A DNA stretch of 64,000 bases from Chiloscyllium plagiosum (taxonomy: Eukaryota), in the NCBI RefSeq assembly GCF_004010195.1, contig NC_057749.1, positions 13,514,543-13,578,542 of the forward strand. The letters run 5' to 3'. Of this stretch, positions 1 to 64,000 are shown piece by piece. The position numbers were made by a program, and so were the translations under genes. Numbering within the stretch: the stretch's first letter is position 1; every line of letters begins with the position of its first letter. The notes beneath the pieces were generated by a model that had not been told where the DNA came from, did not search any database, and worked only from the letters and a program-made list of their open reading frames with translations.

Positions 1-29
1 TAAAGGGAAGTCACAATTATAAATATATA

Positions 30-335
30 GAACTTTTGCAGCCAACCTTTGCACAGCTAGGTTCTGAAACAGTAATGTGAAAAATGTCCTTATAATTTGT
101 TTGTTAGTGGTGTTCATAGAGATATAGGAGTTAGCTGAGCATCACAAAAACTGCCCTGCTCTTTGAACAGTTTAATGGAATTTATTACATCCATTGAGGG
201 GGAAACTGAGGCCTCAGTTCCAATTTAAAAGAGGGATGCCCCATATCTACTCAGTACTACACTGAAGGGTAAGCCTGGAAAAGTTCACCAATTCTGGAGC
301 AGAGCTTGAAATGATGGATTTTAGTGCTACCAGTG
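30..335 (-). mobile_element. Ancient, highly decayed tRNA-derived SINE (DeuSINE/SacSINE1-like)
   Basis: Segments such as ggcctcagttccaattt...tactcagtactacactgaa...ctggagcagagcttgaa resemble a family that recurs at ~10900-11040, ~40740-41000 and ~62040-62110. The family name is from memory. Confidence 0.4.
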
Positions 336-803
336 AATTCTTAAATTTATGCAAGGGAAAAATTAAAACCTGTCTCCTAGTTTCCCCATGATCTCCTAAG
401 ATCTTAGTCTGTTAGTTCTCTCACTTGTAATCACAAAAGACATCATGACTGCTGTAAAAGATATTATACTTATTGGGAAAAATATATATATACAATTCTT
501 TGAAGTTAACATTCCCCAAAATAATCTTGGAAGGTTCAAACAAATTTGATCACATTTGTCAACAGTCAACAAGTTCCTTCTTTTACAGAGAAGTCCTTGG
601 TTGAAGAGGATTGGGCAAAATGCTTGAGGTTAATTGGCTTATCATCAGCATCTAAAACCCAAGTACTTATCACCAACTCCAATCACTTTGCATTTTCTCA
701 ATAAATGATATATGCAACTTTAATCCATTTTGGTTCTATTTGTAGTTAATTATGTAACTGTTCTAATATTTGAGGACACGGATACAAGAGAATGATCTCT
801 CAG

Positions 804-853
804 TTTATTACAAAATATTATCCAGTTGATTGCCCCAAAATTTGACATTTATT
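804..853 (-). terminator. Candidate ETFA polyadenylation signals (AATAAA at 848-853 and 804-809)
   Basis: These are the nearest minus-strand AATAAA hexamers I found downstream of the stop, implying a 3'UTR of about 0.95 kb. An ATTAAA variant lies at 1129-1134. The sequence is AT-rich, so chance hits are possible. Confidence 0.35.
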
Positions 854-1788
854 GTAACTGAATAAAATGTCTGCAGATAAATTGATTACTATTAACAATT
901 TTTTTGATATTGTAATCTCATCCAGAAGACCAGCCTCACCTCCTCCCCTTTATAATATCACAGTGTCACATATAATTCCCAGATATTCATAGCCCTAGTC
1001 TTTTGCATATTTATCTGTAGTCATACCTCTCCCCTCTATAGTAGAGTTGTAATCATTCATTAACTGAAGAACTGTTGAGGTCACTCAACTCACATTGCAA
1101 CATGTTGGAATCTCAAATTAAAATTACATTTAATTACAACTTTTAAGGATTTTTAAATTGCAATGGGACAGAGTAGCTCGAGTAATCAAGTGCAGTGGAA
1201 TAACCAACATGATCTTCAGTCACTAGAACGTCTCCCCAAGTTATGAGTAAGAAATACAAACACACATCACAGCTGCATGTTGTTAGAGGAAACACAAATT
1301 AGCAATTCCACCAGAAGATGGTCACTATAATCCTGTAGGCTATGAGTTAAGAATCTTTTCTGGAAAAAGTTTTAGAAACAAGCTGATACATTGATAGCTT
1401 AAAAGGTTCACACCTGCCAGTCTCTCCCTAGGAAGGTGCTACATGAGATCTTGGGGTGGAGGGGGTGTTCAGAGGCAGTTTCTATTTACTCAAGTTATCA
1501 GTTGTGTAGATGGGCTTGGGGTAGGCAATGTGGTCATGTACCTCCTCTCTGTGTCAGATTTGGTACATACACAGGTAAGCAGTCAAATTCTGGAACCACA
1601 ATCCACTCAACTAAACAGATCTTCTAGTGTAATCAATTAGCTATACTGATTAATTTAGAGACCAAATTGGGTCTATCAAAATAATATTCAGCATTCATGT
1701 ACACACTATCTGTACATAATATTTAAACTGTACAGGTCCAATTAACGGATCAGCACCAGATTATTGATCAAACTGTAGAACTTTGAGA

Positions 1789-61327
<59,539 letters not shown>

Positions 61328-63081
61328 CTAGAAAAAAATAAAATAAGAATCTTACAAACGTGTCATTTTTGGGAAGAACATAGAACAGGAGGAGGCCATT
61401 TTAACCTATTGATGCTACTTACTATTCAATGAGATTGTGACAAAATGGTAACTTAACTCCACATAAACCACTATTGCCCCATATCCCTTCATAGCTTCTA
61501 ACAATGTTCTATCAATTTTACATCTAAGCTGAATTGACCTAGTACCAACTGTCATTTGTAGAATAAGGTCCAAACTGCTACCATTCTGCAGATTTTCCAA
61601 TTTCCCTTCTGAAATATCTGGTTCTAGCCTCAGACCCCCTAACAAATAAAATTTGTCTCTCCCTTAATCTAATGCTTTCTGTTCCCCTTAATATTTGGAA
61701 AATACTGCCCAAAATCAAACAAATTTGAAAAATAATTAAAATCATGTTATTATGATACTTTCAGGAAGCTCAAATTTAAGACTGGGGAACTTTGAACTAC
61801 CACTGCATTACTTAATATCAGCAGAATAAATACAAATAATTCAGATAATACACTTTAATACTGAACAATATTCCCATGTGATAATTACCTCAAAACTGCT
61901 CACAGCAGTGACAGATCTGTAACCAGCATTATATAGCTCACAGTACTCTCAAACACAATACAAATTTGGAGAGAGGAAATCTAGAGTTGGAGCTGTTTGG
62001 CTCAATGAAACTTCACATATCGAACATAGTCTTCTACTCTTTCTCAACAGTGTCATGGACGATCTTACATCCACTTGAGGAAACAAACTCTACTTCAGTT
62101 CAGTATCCCACCCCAGAATATGAAAAAGTCAAGGTCAGAACTTGAGCAAACACCAGCGCTTTTTGTCAACATCATGTTTCAGTGTTGTTGAGCCAGCAGC
62201 TGATGTCATTGTCAACACCATGTGTTGTAGATATACAAGGACATTCAAGTTCAATGATTAATGACTGCGGCATCATTACTGCAGGCTTGTGAAATAACTA
62301 GCAATTACTCAAACATTTTCTGAAAATTAACTGATTATTCCTTCCCAATTCAAACAATTGCTTATCAATTATATTGAAATCCTTCCATAATGCTATCTAC
62401 TATAGTGTGGAGTTCAGTACAATGCATTTCTTAGACCCTCAAAATGTCATTTAAATAGAATTTGACCTGTGTGGTATTAAATCACATCAGAACAGCTTTG
62501 AGCTTTAGTAACTGAGATCTTCTGAGGCACCAAGTTTGTAGGGTTGCCAATCGAGCAGGCTGATCGGTCTTGAATAATGTCCAGCTTTGTGTGGGAAGTA
62601 TTCAATCATACACCTGACCTGTGTCTTGTAGATGGTGGACAGGTTTTGGGGAGTCAAGAGGCAAATTACTTGCTGCAGAATTCCTAGTCTCTGACCTCCT
62701 CCTGCTCCCAAGTGTTTATATAGATGGTATTCTCAGTCTCTGGACTAAGTTTGTGATGGCTCACATGCTTACAGATACTGTGGACATTTATTACTCAGAA
62801 CAATCACAATTTGTTTTTGCTAAATGTGAATAATCTGAATAGTCACTCCAGATTAGCTGCCATATGCCATCCCCTTTCCTCAATGATCGTGATACAATTC
62901 CCAATTCCCTTCCTTCTACAAATGCAGTGACAAGCACCCCCACTTGCAATACTAACACTGTACACCCACTTTAAAAGGAAAAATTAAAACATAACTATAT
63001 AATCATCTGATGATGTAACACTTGTTGAATTCATTTGATTTGGAGTGCAAAGATTTGATGCTGTAATACAGAAAGCCATTC

Positions 63082-63960
63082 AGGAGAAAGTGAGGACAGC
63101 AGATGCTGGAGATCAGAGTCGGTGGTGTGGTGCTGGAAAAGCACAGCAGTTCAGGCAGCATCCAAAGAATGGGAGAAACGACATTTTGGGCATAAGTTTT
63201 CATCAGGAATGAGACTTGTGGGCCAGAGGGGGTGTGAGATAAATGGGAGGGGGGGTGTGCTGGGGCTGGGGCTGGGGAAGGTAGCTGAGAATGCAATAAG
63301 GTGGGGGAGAAAGTGGTAGTTCAGAGAGGAGGGTGGACCAGATAGATGGGACGTATGATGGACATGTCAAGAGGGCGGTGCCGAGTTGAAGGCTAGGGAC
63401 TAGGATAAGGTCGGGGGAGGGGAAATGAGGAAAATGGTGAAATCCACATTAATCCCATGTGTTTGCAGGTCCCAAGGCAGAAGATACGGCATTCTTCCTC
63501 CAGGCATTTGACGATGGAGGCAGCCCAGGAACTGAATGTCCTTTGTGGAGTGGGAGGGGTAGTTAACGTGTTCAGCTCCAGTGCAGTGGGGTTGGTGGGT
63601 GCGGGTTTCACCGAGATGTTCTCTGAAACGATCCACAAGAAGGCATCCTGTCTTCCTGATGTAGAGGATACCACATTGGGTGCAACAGATACAGTAGATG
63701 ACATTTGTGGAAGTACAGGTAAATTTGTGTCGGATTTGGAAGGATCATTTTGGGCCTTGGACGGTGGTGAGGGTGGAGGTGTGGGCATAGGTTTTGCACT
63801 TCTTGCGGTGGCAGGGGAAGGCGCCAGGAGTGGAGTGTGGACTGGTGGAGGATGTGGATCTGACAAGGGAGGCACGGAGGTAATGGTCTCTCCGAAATGC
63901 TGATAGGGATGGGGAGGAAATATATCCCTATTGGTGGGGTCAGCTATGCACCCCATCGTG
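63082..63960 (-). mobile_element. Penelope (Neptune-type) 3' fragment with GIY-YIG endonuclease relic
   Basis: The minus strand reads KFTCTSTNVIYCICCTQCGILYIRKTGCLLVDRFREHL. Its terminus (63085-63210) matches the short elements at 37552 and 51076. Confidence 0.85.
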
Positions 63961-64000
63961 CCTGTGAACAATTCTCTCAACAGTAATCCAATTAGTCCCA

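Noticed and set aside
61328..64000. ETFA exon 1 / promoter
   Set aside because: No convincing ATG-bearing exon or CpG island. The GC-rich part (63082-63960) is a Penelope relic, so exon 1 must lie beyond the window.

Overview
Eukaryotic (vertebrate) genomic DNA, almost certainly from a cartilaginous fish (shark), judged from HE1-type V-SINEs paired with HER1/CR1 LINEs. The window holds coding exons 2-12 of ETFA (electron transfer flavoprotein alpha) on the minus strand, 61327 down to the stop at 1789. These 11 exons total 963 nt, have GT-AG boundaries and splice in frame. Exon 1 lies beyond the right edge. The introns are full of decayed mobile elements: CR1 LINEs, an L1 with TSDs, an RTE relic, a 3'-truncated Gypsy LTR element, V-SINEs, hAT and pogo/Tigger MITEs, and many Penelope-like (PLE) pieces. 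The most unusual signal is a set of at least four families of short, palindromic, PLE-derived non-autonomous elements, several with TSDs. Their arms carry minimal type-I hammerhead-ribozyme motifs (CUGANGA-stem-GAAA-NG-UH), and for three families GIY-YIG or RT-coding partners with the same termini are in the same window. There is also a four-layer nested insertion, a template-switch-like rearrangement, a tandem splice donor at exon 7, and several repeat-free homeobox-motif-rich intronic blocks (candidate CNEs). A 576-N assembly gap lies at 39428-40003. Nearly all ORFs in the supplied track are TE relics or noise. TE boundaries are approximate unless TSDs are quoted.
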